Made by a program: the position numbers and the translations under genes. Shown one piece after another: positions 25,201-40,169 of a DNA stretch of 64,000 nt. The notes below the pieces were generated by a model that was given only the letters and a program-made list of their open reading frames with translations, searched no databases and was not told the DNA's origin. Source of the DNA: Auanema rhodensis (lineage: Eukaryota > Animalia > Nematoda); NCBI GenBank assembly GCA_964057225.1, contig OZ059894.1:1178001-1242000 (forward strand), read 5' to 3'. Each line of letters starts with the position of its first letter. The stretch's first letter is position 1.

Positions 25201-28200
25201 TTTCAAAAAATTTCAAAATAATTTAGCAAAAAGTAGATGTTTTTAGATTCCTTTTTTCAAAGCAAAAACGATGGACAATGTAATTCAACGAAAAAATTAA
25301 TTCTTCAGGGTGAAAATCGAGGATATAAGTGTGAACTTATATCAGTTGATATCTCGGTGCATTTTTAAGCTAGCGCAAATCTGATAACACAGATCGACGC
25401 AGCTTAAAAATCCGCATCGAATGCACTATACTACATTGAGAAACGCTTAATACAAAAATTAGTTATGATCGTTTGAAAAATGATGCATTAGTGTATGTTG
25501 AGTTTCCATGTACACTCAACATTGCTTCCAAAAACATTTTGACAAAAATTTTTTCGAAAAATTTCAAAATAATTTAGCAAAAAGTAGATGTTTTTAAATT
25601 CCTTTTTTCAAGGCAAAGACGATGGACAATGTTTTTCAACGAAAAAATTAATTCTTCAGGGTGAAAATCGAGGATATAAGTGTGAACTTATATCAGTTGA
25701 TATCTCGGTGCATTTTTAAGCTAGCGCAAATCTGATAACACGGATCGACGCAGCTTAAAAATCCGCATCGAATGCACTATACTACATTGAGAAACGCTTA
25801 ATACAAAAATTAATTATGATCGTTTGAAAAATGATGCATTAGTGTATGTTGAGTTTCCATGTACACTCAACATTGCTTCCAAAAACATTTTGACAAAAAT
25901 TTTTTCGAAAAATTTCAAAATAATTTAGCAAAAAGTAGATGTTTTTTAATTCCTTTTTTCAAGGCAAAGACGATGGACAATGTTTTTCAACGAAAAAATT
26001 AATTCTTCAGGGTGAAAATCGAGGATATAAGTGTGAACTTATATCAGTTGATATCTCGGTGCATTTTTAAGCTAGCGCAAATCTGATAACACGGATCGAC
26101 GCAGCTTAAAAATCCGCATCGAATGCACTATACTACATTGAGAAACGCTTAATACAAAAATTAATTATGATCGTTTGAAAAATGATGCATTAGTGTATGT
26201 TGAGTTTCCATGTACACTCAACATTGCTTCCAAAAACATTTTGACAAAAATTTTTTCGAAAAATTTCAAAATAATTTAGCAAAAAGTAGATGTTTTTAGA
26301 TTCCTTTTTTCAAGGCAAAGACGATGGACAATGTTTTTCAACGAAAAAATTAATTCTTCAGGGTGAAAATCGAGGATATAAGTGTGAACTTATATCAGTT
26401 GATATCTCGGTGCATTTTTAAGCTAGCGCAAATCTGATAACACAGATCGACGCAGCTTAAAAATCCGCATTGAATGCACTATACTACATTGAGAAACGCT
26501 TTATACAAAAATTAGTTATGATCGTTTGAAAAATGATGCATTAGTGTATGTTGAGTTTCCATGTACACTCAACATTGCTTCCAAAAACATTTTGACAAAA
26601 ATTTTTTCAAAAAATTTCAAAATAATTTAGCAAAAAGTAGATGTTTTTAGATTCCTTTTTCCAAGGCAAAGACGATGGACAATGTTTTTCAACGAAAAAA
26701 TTAATTCTTCAGGGTGAAAATCGAGGATATAAGTGTGAACTTATATCAGTTGATATCTCGGTGCATTTTTAAGCTAGCGCAAATCTGATAACACAGATCG
26801 ACGCAGCTTAAAAATCCGCATTGAATGCACTATACTACATTGAGAAACGCTTTATACAAAAATTAGTTATGATCGTTTGAAAAATGATGCATTAGTGTAT
26901 GTTGAGTTTCCATGTACACTCAACATTGCTTCCAAAAACATTTTGACAAAAATTTTTTCAAAAAATTTCAAAATAATTTAGCAAAAAGTAGATGTTTTTA
27001 GATTCCTTTTTTCAAAGCAAAAACGATGGACAATGTAATTCAACGAAAAAATTAATTCTTCAGGGTGAAAATCGAGGATATAAGTGTGAACTTATATCAG
27101 TTGATATCTCGGTGCATTTTTAAGCTAGCGCAAATCTGATAACACAGATCGACGCAGCTTAAAAATCCGCATCGAATGCACTATACTACATTGAGAAACG
27201 CTTAATACAAAAATTAGTTATGATCGTTTGAAAAATGATGCATTAGTGTATGTTGAGTTTCCATGTACACTCAACATTGCTTCCAAAAACATTTTGACAA
27301 AAATGTTTTCGGAAAATTTCAAAATAATTTAGCAAAAAGTAGATGTTTTTAGATTCCTTTTTTCAAAGCAAAGACGATGGACAATGTTTTTCAACGAAAA
27401 AATTAATTCTTCAGGGTGAAAATCGAGGATATAAGTGTGAACTTATATCAGTTGATATCTCGGTGCATTTTTAAGCTAGCGCAAATCTGATAACACAGAT
27501 CGACGCAGCTTAAAAATCCGCATCGAATGCACTATACTACATTGAGAAACGCTTAATACAAAAATTAGTTATGATCGTTTGAAAAATGATGCATTAGTGT
27601 ATGTTGAGTTTCCATGTACACTCAACATTGCTTCCAAAAACATTTTGACAAAAATTTTTTCAAAAAATTTCGATATAATTTAGCAAAAAGTAGATGTTTT
27701 TAGATTCCTTTTTTCAAGGCGAAGACGATGGACAATGTTATTCAACGAAAAAATTAATTCTTCAGGGTGAAAATCGAGGATATAAGTGTGAACTTATATC
27801 AGTTGATATCTCGGTGCATTTTTAAGCTAGCGCAAATCTGATAACACAGATCGACGCAGCTTAAAAATCCGCATCGAATGCACTATACTACATTGAGAAA
27901 CGCTTAATACAAAAATTAGTTATGATCGTTTGAAAAATGATGCATTAGTGTATGTTGAGTTTCCATGTACACTCAACATTGCTTCCAAAAACATTTTGAC
28001 AAAAATTTTTTCAAAAAATTTCAAAATAATTTAGCAAAAAGTAGATGTTTTTAGATTCGTTTTTCCAAGGCAAAGACGATGGACAATGTTATTCATCGAA
28101 AAAATTAATTCTTCAGGGTGAAAATCGAGGATATAAGTGTGAACTTATATCAGTTGATATCTCGGTGCATTTTTAAGCTAGCGCAAATCTGATAACACAG

Positions 28201-31200
28201 ATCGACGCAGCTTAAAAATCCGCATCGAATGCACTATACTACATTGAGAAACGCTTAATACAAAAATTAGTTATGATCGTTTGAAAAATGATGCATTAGT
28301 GTATGTTGAGTTTCCATGTACACTCAACATTGCTTCCAAAAACATTTTGACAAAAATTTTTTCAAAAAATTTCAAAATAATTTAGCAAAAAGTAGATGTT
28401 TTTTAATTCCTTTTTTCAAGGCAAAGACGATGGACAATGTTTTTCAACGAAAAAATTAATTCTTCAGGGTGAAAATCGAGGATATAAGTGTGAACTTATA
28501 TCAGTTGATATCTCGGTGCATTTTTAAGCTAGCGCAAATCTGATAACACGGATCGACGCAGCTTAAAAATCCGCATCGAATGCACTATACTACATTGAGA
28601 AACGCTTAATACAAAAATTAATTATGATCGTTTGAAAAATGATGCATTAGTGTATGTTGAGTTTCCATGTACACTCAACATTGCTTCCAAAAACATTTTG
28701 ACAAAAATTTTTTCGAAAAATTTCAAAATAATTTAGCAAAAAGTAGATGTTTTTAGATTCCTTTTTTCAAGGCAAAGACGATGGACAATGTTTTTCAACG
28801 AAAAAATTAATTCTTCAGGGTGAAAATCGAGGATATAAGTGTGAACTTATATCAGTTGATATCTCGGTGCATTTTTAAGCTAGCGCAAATCTGATAACAC
28901 AGATCGACGCAGCTTAAAAATCCGCATTGAATGCACTATACTACATTGAGAAACGCTTTATACAAAAATTAGTTATGATCGTTTGAAAAATGATGCATTA
29001 GTGTATGTTGAGTTTCCATGTACACTCAACATTGCTTCCAAAAACATTTTGACAAAAATTTTTTCAAAAAATTTCAAAATAATTTAGCAAAAAGTAGATG
29101 TTTTTAGATTCCTTCTTCCAAGGCAAAGACGATGGACAATGTTTTTCAACGAAAAAATTAATTCTTCAGGGTGAAAATCGAGGATATAAGTGTGAACTTA
29201 TATCAGTTGATATCTCGGTGCATTTTTAAGCTAGCGCAAATCTGATAACACAGATCGACGCAGCTTAAAAATCCGCATTGAATGCACTATACTACATTGA
29301 GAAACGCTTTATACAAAAATTAGTTATGATCGTTTGAAAAATGATGCATTAGTGTATGTTGAGTTTCCATGTACACTCAACATTGCTTCCAAAAACATTT
29401 TGACAAAAATTTTTTGAAAAAATTTCAAAATAATTTAGCAAAAAGTAGATGTTTTTAGATTTCTTTTTTCAAGGCAAACACGATGGACAATGTTTTTCAA
29501 CGAAAAAATTAATTCTTCAGGGTGAAAATCGAGGATATAAGTGTGAAATTATATCAGTTGATATCTCGGTGCATTTTTAAGCTAGCGCAAATCTGATAAC
29601 AAAGATCGACGCAGCTTAAAAATCCGCATTGAATGCACTATACTACATTGAGAAACGCTCAATACAAAAATTAGTTATGATCGTTTGAAAAATGATGCAT
29701 TAGTGTATGTTGAGTTTCCATGTACACTCAACATTGCTTCCAAAAACATTTTGACAAAAATTTTTTCAAAAAATTTCAAAATAATTTAGCAAAAAGTAGA
29801 TGTTTTTAGATTCCTTTTTTCAAGGCAAAGACGATGGACAATGTTATTCATCGAAAAAATTAATTCTTCAGGGTGAAAATCGAGGATATAAGTGTGAACT
29901 TATATCAGTTGATATCTCGGTGCATTTTTAAGCTAGCGCAAATCTGATAACAAAGATCGACGCAGCTTAAAAATCCGCATCGAATGCACTATACTACATT
30001 GAGAAACGCTTGATACAAAAATTAGTTATGATCGTTTGAAAAATGATGCATTAGTGTATGTTGAGTTTCCATGTACACTCAACATTGCTTCCAAAAACAT
30101 TTTGACAAAAATTTTTTCAAAAAATTTCAAAATAATTTAGCAAAAAGTAGATGTTTTTAGATTCCTTTTTTCAAAGCAAAAACGATGGACAATGTAATTC
30201 AACGAAAAAATTAATTCTTCAGGGTGAAAATCGAGGATATAAGTGTGAACTTATATCAGTTGATATCTCGGTGCATTTTTAAGCTAGCGCAAATCTGATA
30301 ACACAGATCGACGCAGCTTAAAAATCCGCATCGAATGCACTATACTACATTGAGAAACGCTTAATACAAAAATTAGTTATGATCGTTTGAAAAATGATGC
30401 ATTAGTGTATGTTGAGTTTCCATGTACACTCAACATTGCTTCCAAAAACATTTTGACAAAAATGTTTTCGGAAAATTTCAAAATAATTTAGCAAAAAGTA
30501 GATGTTTTTAGATTCCTTTTTTCAAAGCAAAGACGATGGACAATGTTTTTCAACGAAAAAATTAATTCTTCAGGGTGAAAATCGAGGATATAAGTGTGAA
30601 CTTATATCAGTTGATATCTCGGTGCATTTTTAAGCTAGCGCAAATCTGATAACACAGATCGACGCAGCTTAAAAATCCGCATCGAATGCACTATACTACA
30701 TTGAGAAACGCTTAATACAAAAATTAGTTATGATCGTTTGAAAAATGATGCATTAGTGTATGTTGAGTTTCCATGTACACTCAACATTGCTTCCAAAAAC
30801 ATTTTGACAAAAATTTTTTCAAAAAATTTCGATATAATTTAGCAAAAAGTAGATGTTTTTAGATTCCTTTTTTCAAGGCGAAGACGATGGACAATGTTAT
30901 TCAACGAAAAAATTAATTCTTCAGGGTGAAAATCGAGGATATAAGTGTGAACTTATATCAGTTGATATCTCGGTGCATTTTTAAGCTAGCGCAAATCTGA
31001 TAACACAGATCGACGCAGCTTAAAAATCCGCATCGAATGCACTATACTACATTGAGAAACGCTTAATACAAAAATTAGTTATGATCGTTTGAAAAATGAT
31101 GCATTAGTGTATGTTGAGTTTCCATGTACACTCAACATTGCTTCCAAAAACATTTTGACAAAAATTTTTTCAAAAAATTTCAAAATAATTTAGCAAAAAG

Positions 31201-34200
31201 TAGATGTTTTTAGATTCGTTTTTCCAAGGCAAAGACGATGGACAATGTTATTCATCGAAAAAATTAATTCTTCAGGGTGAAAATCGAGGATATAAGTGTG
31301 AACTTATATCAGTTGATATCTCGGTGCATTTTTAAGCTAGCGCAAATCTGATAACACAGATCGACGCAGCTTAAAAATCCGCATCGAATGCACTATACTA
31401 CATTGAGAAACGCTTAATACAAAAATTAGTTATGATCGTTTGAAAAATGATGCATTAGTGTATGTTGAGTTTCCATGTACACTCAACATTGCTTCCAAAA
31501 ACATTTTGACAAAAATTTTTTCAAAAAATTTCAAAATAATTTAGCAAAAAGTAGATGTTTTTAGATTCCTTTTTTCAAGGCAAAGACGATGGACAATGTT
31601 ATTCAACGAAAAAATTAATTCTTCAGGGTGAAAACCGAGGATATAAGTGTGAACTTAAATCAGTTGATATCTCGGTGCATTTTTAAGCTAGCGCAAATCT
31701 GATAACACAGATCGACGCAGCTTAAAAATCCGCATCGAATGCACTATACTACATTGAGAAACGCTTTATACAAAAATTAGTTATGATCGTTTGAAAAATG
31801 ATGCATTAGTGTATGTTGAGTTTCCATGTACACTCAACATTGCTTCCAAAAACATTTTGACAAAAATTTTTTCAAAAAATTTCGATATAATTTAGCAAAA
31901 AGTAGATGTTTTTAGATTCCTTTTTTCAAGGCGAAGACGATGGACAATGTTATTCAACGAAAAAATTAATTCTTCAGGGTGAAAATCGAGGATATAAGTG
32001 TGAACTTATATCAGTTGATATCTCGGTGCATTTTTAAGCTAGCGCAAATCTGATAACACAGATCGACGCAGCTTAAAAATCCGCATCGAATGCACTATAC
32101 TACATTGAGAAACGCTTAATACAAAAATTAGTTATGATCGTTTGAAAAATGATGCATTAGTGTATGTTGAGTTTCCATGTACACTCAACATTGCTTCCAA
32201 AAACATTTTGACAAAAATTTTTTCAAAAAATTTCAAAATAATTTAGCAAAAAGTAGATGTTTTTAGATTCGTTTTTCCAAGGCAAAGACGATGGACAATG
32301 TTATTCATCGAAAAAATTAATTCTTCAGGGTGAAAATCGAGGATATAAGTGTGAACTTATATCAGTTGATATCTCGGTGCATTTTTAAGCTAGCGCAAAT
32401 CTGATAACACAGATCGACGCAGCTTAAAAATCCGCATCGAATGCACTATACTACATTGAGAAACGCTTAATACAAAAATTAGTTATGATCGTTTGAAAAA
32501 TGATGCATTAGTGTATGTTGAGTTTCCATGTACACTCAACATTGCTTCCAAAAACATTTTGACAAAAATTTTTTCAAAAAATTTCAAAATAATTTAGCAA
32601 AAAGTAGATGTTTTTAGATTCCTTTTTTCAAGGCAAAGACGATGGACAATGTTATTCAACGAAAAAATTAATTCTTCAGGGTGAAAACCGAGGATATAAG
32701 TGTGAACTTAAATCAGTTGATATCTCGGTGCATTTTTAAGCTAGCGCAAATCTGATAACACAGATCGACGCAGCTTAAAAATCCGCATCGAATGCACTAT
32801 ACTACATTGAGAAACGCTTAATACAAAAATTAGTTATGATCGTTTGAAAAATGATGCATTAGTGTATGTTGAGTTTCCATGTACACTCAACATTGCTTCC
32901 AAAAACATTTTGACGAAAATTTTTTCAAAAAATTTCAAAATAATTTAGCAAAAAGTAGATGTTTTTAGATTCCTTTTTTCAAAGCAAAAACGATGGACAA
33001 TGTAATTCAACGAAAAAATTAATTCTTCAGGGTGAAAATCGAGGATATAAGTGTGAACTTATATCAGTTGATATCTCGGTGCATTTTTAAGCTAGCGCAA
33101 ATCTGATAACACAGATCGACGCAGCTTAAAAATCCGCATCGAATGCACTATACTACATTGAGAAACGCTTAATACAAAAATTAGTTATGATCGTTTGAAA
33201 AATGATGCATTAGTGTATGTTGAGTTTCCATGTACACTCAACATTGCTTCCAAAAACATTTTGACAAAAATTTTTTCGAAAAATTTCAAAATAATTTAGC
33301 AAAAAGTAGATGTTTTTAAATTCCTTTTTTCAAGGCAAAGACGATGGACAATGTTTTTCAACGAAAAAATTAATTCTTCAGGGTGAAAATCGAGGATATA
33401 AGTGTGAACTTATATCAGTTGATATCTCGGTGCATTTTTAAGCTAGCGCAAATCTGATAACACGGATCGACGCAGCTTAAAAATCCGCATCGAATGCACT
33501 ATACTACATTGAGAAACGCTTGATACAAAAATTAATTATGATCGTTTGAAAAATGATGCATTAGTGTATGTTGAGTTTCCATGTACACTCAACATTGCTT
33601 CCAAAAACATTTTGACAAAAATTTTTTCGAAAAATTTCAAAATAATTTAGCAAAAAGTAGATGTTTTTTAATTCCTTTTTTCAAGGCAAAGACGATGGAC
33701 AATGTTTTTCAACGAAAAAATTAATTCTTCAGGGTGAAAATCGAGGATATAAGTGTGAACTTATATCAGTTGATATCTCGGTGCATTTTTAAGCTAGCGC
33801 AAATCTGATAACACGGATCGACGCAGCTTAAAAATCCGCATCGAATGCACTATACTACATTGAGAAACGCTTAATACAAAAATTAATTATGATCGTTTGA
33901 AAAATGATGCATTAGTGTATGTTGAGTTTCCATGTACACTCAACATTGCTTCCAAAAACATTTTGACAAAAATTTTTTCGAAAAATTTCAAAATAATTTA
34001 GCAAAAAGTAGATGTTTTTAGATTCCTTTTTTCAAGGCAAAGACGATGGACAATGTTATTCAACGAAAAAATTAATTCTTCAGGGTGAAAATCGAGGATA
34101 TAAGTGTGAACTTATATCAGTTGATATCTCGGTGCATTTTTAAGCTAGCGCAAATCTGATAACACAGATCGACGCAGCTTAAAAATCCGCATCGAATGCA

Positions 34201-37200
34201 CTACATTACATTGAGAAACGCTTAATACAAAAATTAGTTATGATCGTTTGAAAAATGATGCATTAGTGTATGTTGAGTTTCCATGTACACTCAACATTGC
34301 TTCCAAAAACATTTTGACAAAAATTTTTTCAAAAAATTTCGATATAATTTAGCAAAAAGTAGATGTTTTTAGATTCCTTTTTTCAAGGCGAAGACGATGG
34401 ACAATTTTATTCAACGAAAAAATTAATTCTTCAGGGTGAAAATCGAGGATATAAGTGTGAACTTATATCAGTTGATATCTCGGTGCATTTTTAAGCTAGC
34501 GCAAATCTGATAACACAGATCGACGCAGCTTAAAAATCCGCATCGAATGCACTATACTACATTGAGAAACGCTTAATACAAAAATTAGTTATGATCGTTT
34601 GAAAAATGATGCATTAGTGTATGTTGAGTTTCCATGTACACTCAACATTGCTTCCAAAAACATTTTGACAAAAATTTTTTCAAAAAATTTCAAAATAATT
34701 TAGCAAAAAGTAGATGTTTTTAGATTCCTTTTTTCAAGGCAAAGACGATGGACAATGTTATTCAACGAAAAAATTAATTCTTCAGGGTGAAAACCGAGGA
34801 TATAAGTGTGAACTTATATCAGTTGATATCTCGGTGCATTTTTAAGCTAGCGCAAATCTGATAACACAGATCGACGCAGCTTAAAAATCCGCATCGAATG
34901 CACTATACTACATTGAGAAACGCTTAATACAAAAATTAGTTATGATCGTTTGAAAAATGATGCATTAGTGTATGTTGAGTTTCCATGTACACTCAACATT
35001 GCTTCCAAAAACATTTTGACAAAAATTTTTTCAAAAAATTTCGATATAATTTAGCAAAAAGTAGATGTTTTTAGATTCCTTTTTTCAAGGCGAAGACGAT
35101 GGACAATGTTATTCAACGAAAAAATTAATTCTTCAGGGTGAAAATCGAGGATATAAGTGTGAACTTATATCAGTTGATATCTCGGTGCATTTTTAAGCTA
35201 GCGCAAATCTGATAACACAGATCGACGCAGCTTAAAAATCCGCATTGAATGCACTATACTACATTGAGAAACGCTTTATACAAAAATTAGTTATGATCGT
35301 TTGAAAAATGATGCATTAGTGTATGTTGAGTTTCCATGTACACTCAACATTGCTTCCAAAAACATTTTGACAAAAATTTTTTCGAAAAATTTCAAAATAA
35401 TTTAGCAAAAAGTAGATGTTTTTAGATTCCTTTTTTCAAGGCAAAGACGATGGACAATGTTATTCATCGAAAAAATTAATTCTTCAGGGTGAAAATCGAG
35501 GATATAAGTGTGAACTTATATCAGTTGATATCTCGGTGCATTTTTAAGCTAGCGCAAATCTGATAACACAGATCGACGCAGCTTAAAAATCCGCATCGAA
35601 TGCACTATACTACATTGAGAAACGCTTTATACAAAAATTAGTTATGATCGTTTGAAAAATGATGCATTAGTGTATGTTGAGTTTCCATGTACACTCAACA
35701 TTGCTTCCAAAAACATTTTGACAAAACTTTTTTCGAAAAATTTCAAAATAATTTAGCAAAAAGTAGATGTTTTTAGATTCCTTTTTTCAAGGCAAAGACG
35801 ATGGACAATGTTATTCAACGAAAAAATTAATTCTTCAGGGTGAAAATCGAGGATATAAGTGTGAACTTATATCAGTTGATATCTCGGTGCATTTTTAAGC
35901 TAGCGCAAATCTGATAACACAGATCGACGCAGCTTAAAAATCCGCATCGAATGCACTATACTACATTGAGAAACGCTTAATACAAAAATTAGTTATGATC
36001 GTTTGAAAAATGATGCATTAGTGTATGTTGAGTTTCCATGTACACTCAACATTGCTTCCAAAAACATTTTGACAAAAATTTTTTCAAAAAATTTCGATAT
36101 AATTTAGCAAAAAGTAGATGTTTTTAGATTCCTTTTTTCAAGGCGAAGACGATGGACAATGTTATTCAACGAAAAAATTAATTCTTCAGGGTGAAAATCG
36201 AGGATATAAGTGTGAACTTATATCAGTTGATATCTCGGTGCATTTTTAAGCTAGCGCAAATCTGATAACACAGATCGACGCAGCTTAAAAATCCGCATCG
36301 AATGCACTATACTACATTGAGAAACGCTCAATACAAAAATTAGTTATGATCGTTTGAAAAATGATGCATTAGTGTATGTTGAGTTTCCATGTACACTCAA
36401 CATTGCTTCCAAAAACATTTTGACAAAAATTTTTTCAAAAAATTTCAAAATAATTTAGCAAAAAGTAGATGTTTTTAGATTCGTTTTTCCAAGGCAAAGA
36501 CGATGGACAATGTTATTCATCGAAAAAATTAATTCTTCAGGGTGAAAATCGAGGATATAAGTGTGAACTTATATCAGTTGATATCTCGGTGCATTTTTAA
36601 GCTAGCGCAAATCTGATAACACAGATCGACGCAGCTTAAAAATCCGCATCGAATGCACTATACTACATTGAGAAACGCTTAATACAAAAATTAGTTATGA
36701 TCGTTTGAAAAATGATGCATTAGTGTATGTTGAGTTTCCATGTACACTCAACATTGCTTCCAAAAACATTTTGACAAAAATTTTTTCAAAAAATTTCGAT
36801 ATAATTTAGCAAAAAGTAGATGTTTTTAGATTCCTTTTTTCAAGGCGAAGACGATGGACAATGTTATTCAACGAAAAAATTAATTCTTCAGGGTGAAAAC
36901 CGAGGATATAAGTGTGAACTTATATCAGTTGATATCTCGGTGCATTTTTAAGCTAGCGCAAATCTGATAACACAGATCGACGCAGCTTAAAAATCCGCAT
37001 CGAATGCACTATACTACATTGAGAAACGCTTAATACAAAAATTAGTTATGATCGTTTGAAAAATGATGCATTAGTGTATGTTGAGTTTCCATGTACACTC
37101 AACATTGCTTCCAAAAACATTTTGACAAAAATTTTTTCAAAAAATTTCAAAATAATTTAGCAAAAAGTAGATGTTTTTAGATTCGTTTTTCCAAGGCAAA

Positions 37201-40169
37201 GACGATGGACAATGTTATTCATCGAAAAAATTAATTCTTCAGGGTGAAAATCGAGGATATAAGTGTGAACTTATATCAGTTGATATCTCGGTGCATTTTT
37301 AAGCTAGCGCAAATCTGATAACACAGATCGACGCAGCTTAAAAATCCGCATTGAATGCACTATACTACATTGAGAAACGCTTTATACAAAAATTAGTTAT
37401 GATCGTTTGAAAAATGATGCATTAGTGTATGTTGAGTTTCCATGTACACTCAACATTGCTTCCAAAAACATTTTGACAAAAATGTTTTCGGAAAATTTCA
37501 AAATAATTTAGCAAAAAGTAGATGTTTTTAGATTCCTTTTTTCAAGGCAAAGACGATGGACAATGTTATTCATCGAAAAAATTAATTCTTCAGGGTGAAA
37601 ATCGAGGATATAAGTGTGAACTTATATCAGTTGATATCTCGGTGCATTTTTAAGCTAGCGCAAATCTGATAACACAGATCGACGCAGCTTAAAAATCCGC
37701 ATCGAATGCACTATACTACATTGAGAAACGCTTAATACAAAGATTAGTTATGATCGTTTGAAAAATGATGCATTAGTGTATGTTGAGTTTCCATGTACAC
37801 TCAACATTGCTTCCAAAAACATTTTGACAAAACTTTTTTCGAAAAATTTCAAAATAATTTAGCAAAAAGTAGATGTTTTTAGATTCCTTTTTTCAAGGCA
37901 AAGACGATGGACAATGTTATTCAACGAAAAAATTAATTCTTCAGGGTGAAAATCGAGGATATAAGTGTGAACTTATATCAGTTGATATCTCGGTGCATTT
38001 TTAAGCTAGCGCAAATCTGATAACACAGATCGACGCAGCTTAAAAATCCGCATCGAATGCACTACATTACATTGAGAAACGCTTAATACAAAAATTAGTT
38101 ATGATCGTTTGAAAAATGATGCATTAGTGTATGTTGAGTTTCCATGTACACTCAACATTGCTTCCAAAAACATTTTGACAAAAATTTTTTCGAAAAATTT
38201 CAAAATAATTTAGCAAAAAGTAGATGTTTTTAGATTCCTTTTTTCAAGGCAAAGACGATGGACAATGTTATTCATCGAAAAAATTAATTCTTCAGGGTGA
38301 AAATCGAGGATATAAGTGTGAACTTATATCAGTTGATATCTCGGTGCATTTTTAAGCTAGCGCAAATCTGATAACACAGATCGACGCAGCTTAAAAATCC
38401 GCATCGAATGCACTATACTACATTGAGAAACGCTTAATACAAAAATTAGTTATGATCGTTTGAAAAATGATGCATTAGTGTATGTTGAGTTTCCATGTAC
38501 ACTCAACATTGCTTCCAAAAACATTTTGACAAAACTTTTTTCGAAAAATTTCAAAATAATTTAGCAAAAAGTAGATGTTTTTAGATTCCTTTTTTCAAGG
38601 CAAAGACGATGGACAATGTTATTCAACGAAAAAATTGATTCTTCAGGGTGAAAATCGAGGATATAAGTGTGAACTTATATCAGTTGATATCTCGGTGCAT
38701 TTTTAAGCTAGCGCAAATCTGATAACACAGATCGACGCAGCTTAAAAATCCGCATCGAATGCACTACATTACATTGAGAAACGCTTAATACAAAAATTAG
38801 TTATGATCGTTTGAAAAATGATGCATTAGTGTATGTTGAGTTTCCATGTACACTCAACATTGCTTCCAAAAACATTTTGACAAAAATTTTTTCAAAAAAT
38901 TTCGATATAATTTAGCAAAAAGTAGATGTTTTTAGATTCCTTTTTTCAAGGCGAAGACGATGGACAATGTTATTCAACGAAAAAATTAATTCTTCAGGGT
39001 GAAAATCGAGGATATAAGTGTGAACTTATATCAGTTGATATCTCGGTGCATTTTTAAGCTAGCGCAAATCTGATAACACAGATCGACGCAGCTTAAAAAT
39101 CCGCATCGAATGCACTATACTACATTGAGAAACGCTTAATACAAAAATTAGTTATGATCGTTTGAAAAATGATGCATTAGTGTATGTTGAGTTTCCATGT
39201 ACACTCAACATTGCTTCCAAAAACATTTTGACAAAAATTTTTTCAAAAAATTTCAAAATAATTTAGCAAAAAGTAGATGTTTTTAGATTCCTTTTTTCAA
39301 GGCAAAGACGATCGACAATGTTTTTCAACGAAAAAATTAATTCTTCAGGGTGAAAATCGAGGATATAAGTGTGAACTTATATCAGTTGATATCTCGGTGC
39401 ATTTTTAAGCTAGCGCAAATCTGATAACACAGATCGACGCAGCTTAAAAATCCGCATCGAATGCACTATACTACATTGAGAAACGCTTAATACAAAAATT
39501 AGTTATGATCGTTTGAAAAATGATGCATTAGTGTATGTTGAGTTTCCATGTACACTCAACATTGCTTCCAAAAACATTTTGACAAAAATTTTTTCGAAAA
39601 ATTTCAAAATAATTTAGCAAAAAGTAGATGTTTTTAGATTCCTTTTTTCAAGGCAAAGACGATGGACAATGTTATTCATCGAAAAAATTAATTCTTCAGG
39701 GTGAAAATCGAGGATATAAGTGTGAACTTATATCAGTTGATATCTCGGTGCATTTTTAAGCTAGCGCAAATCTGATAACACAGATCGACGCAGCTTAAAA
39801 ATCCGCATCGAATGCACTATACTACATTGAGAAACGCTTAATACAAAAATTAGTTATGATCGTTTGAAAAATGATGCATTAGTGTATGTTGAGTTTCCAT
39901 GTACACTCAACATTGCTTCCAAAAACATTTTGACAAAACTTTTTTCGAAAAATTTCAAAATAATTTAGCAAAAAGTAGATGTTTTTAGATTCCTTTTTTC
40001 AAGGCAAAGACGATGGACAATGTTATTCAACGAAAAAATTGATTCTTCAGGGTGAAAATCGAGGATATAAGTGTGAACTTATATCAGTTGATATCTCGGT
40101 GCATTTTTAAGCTAGCGCAAATCTGATAACACAGATCGACGCAGCTTAAAAATCCGCATCGAATGCACT

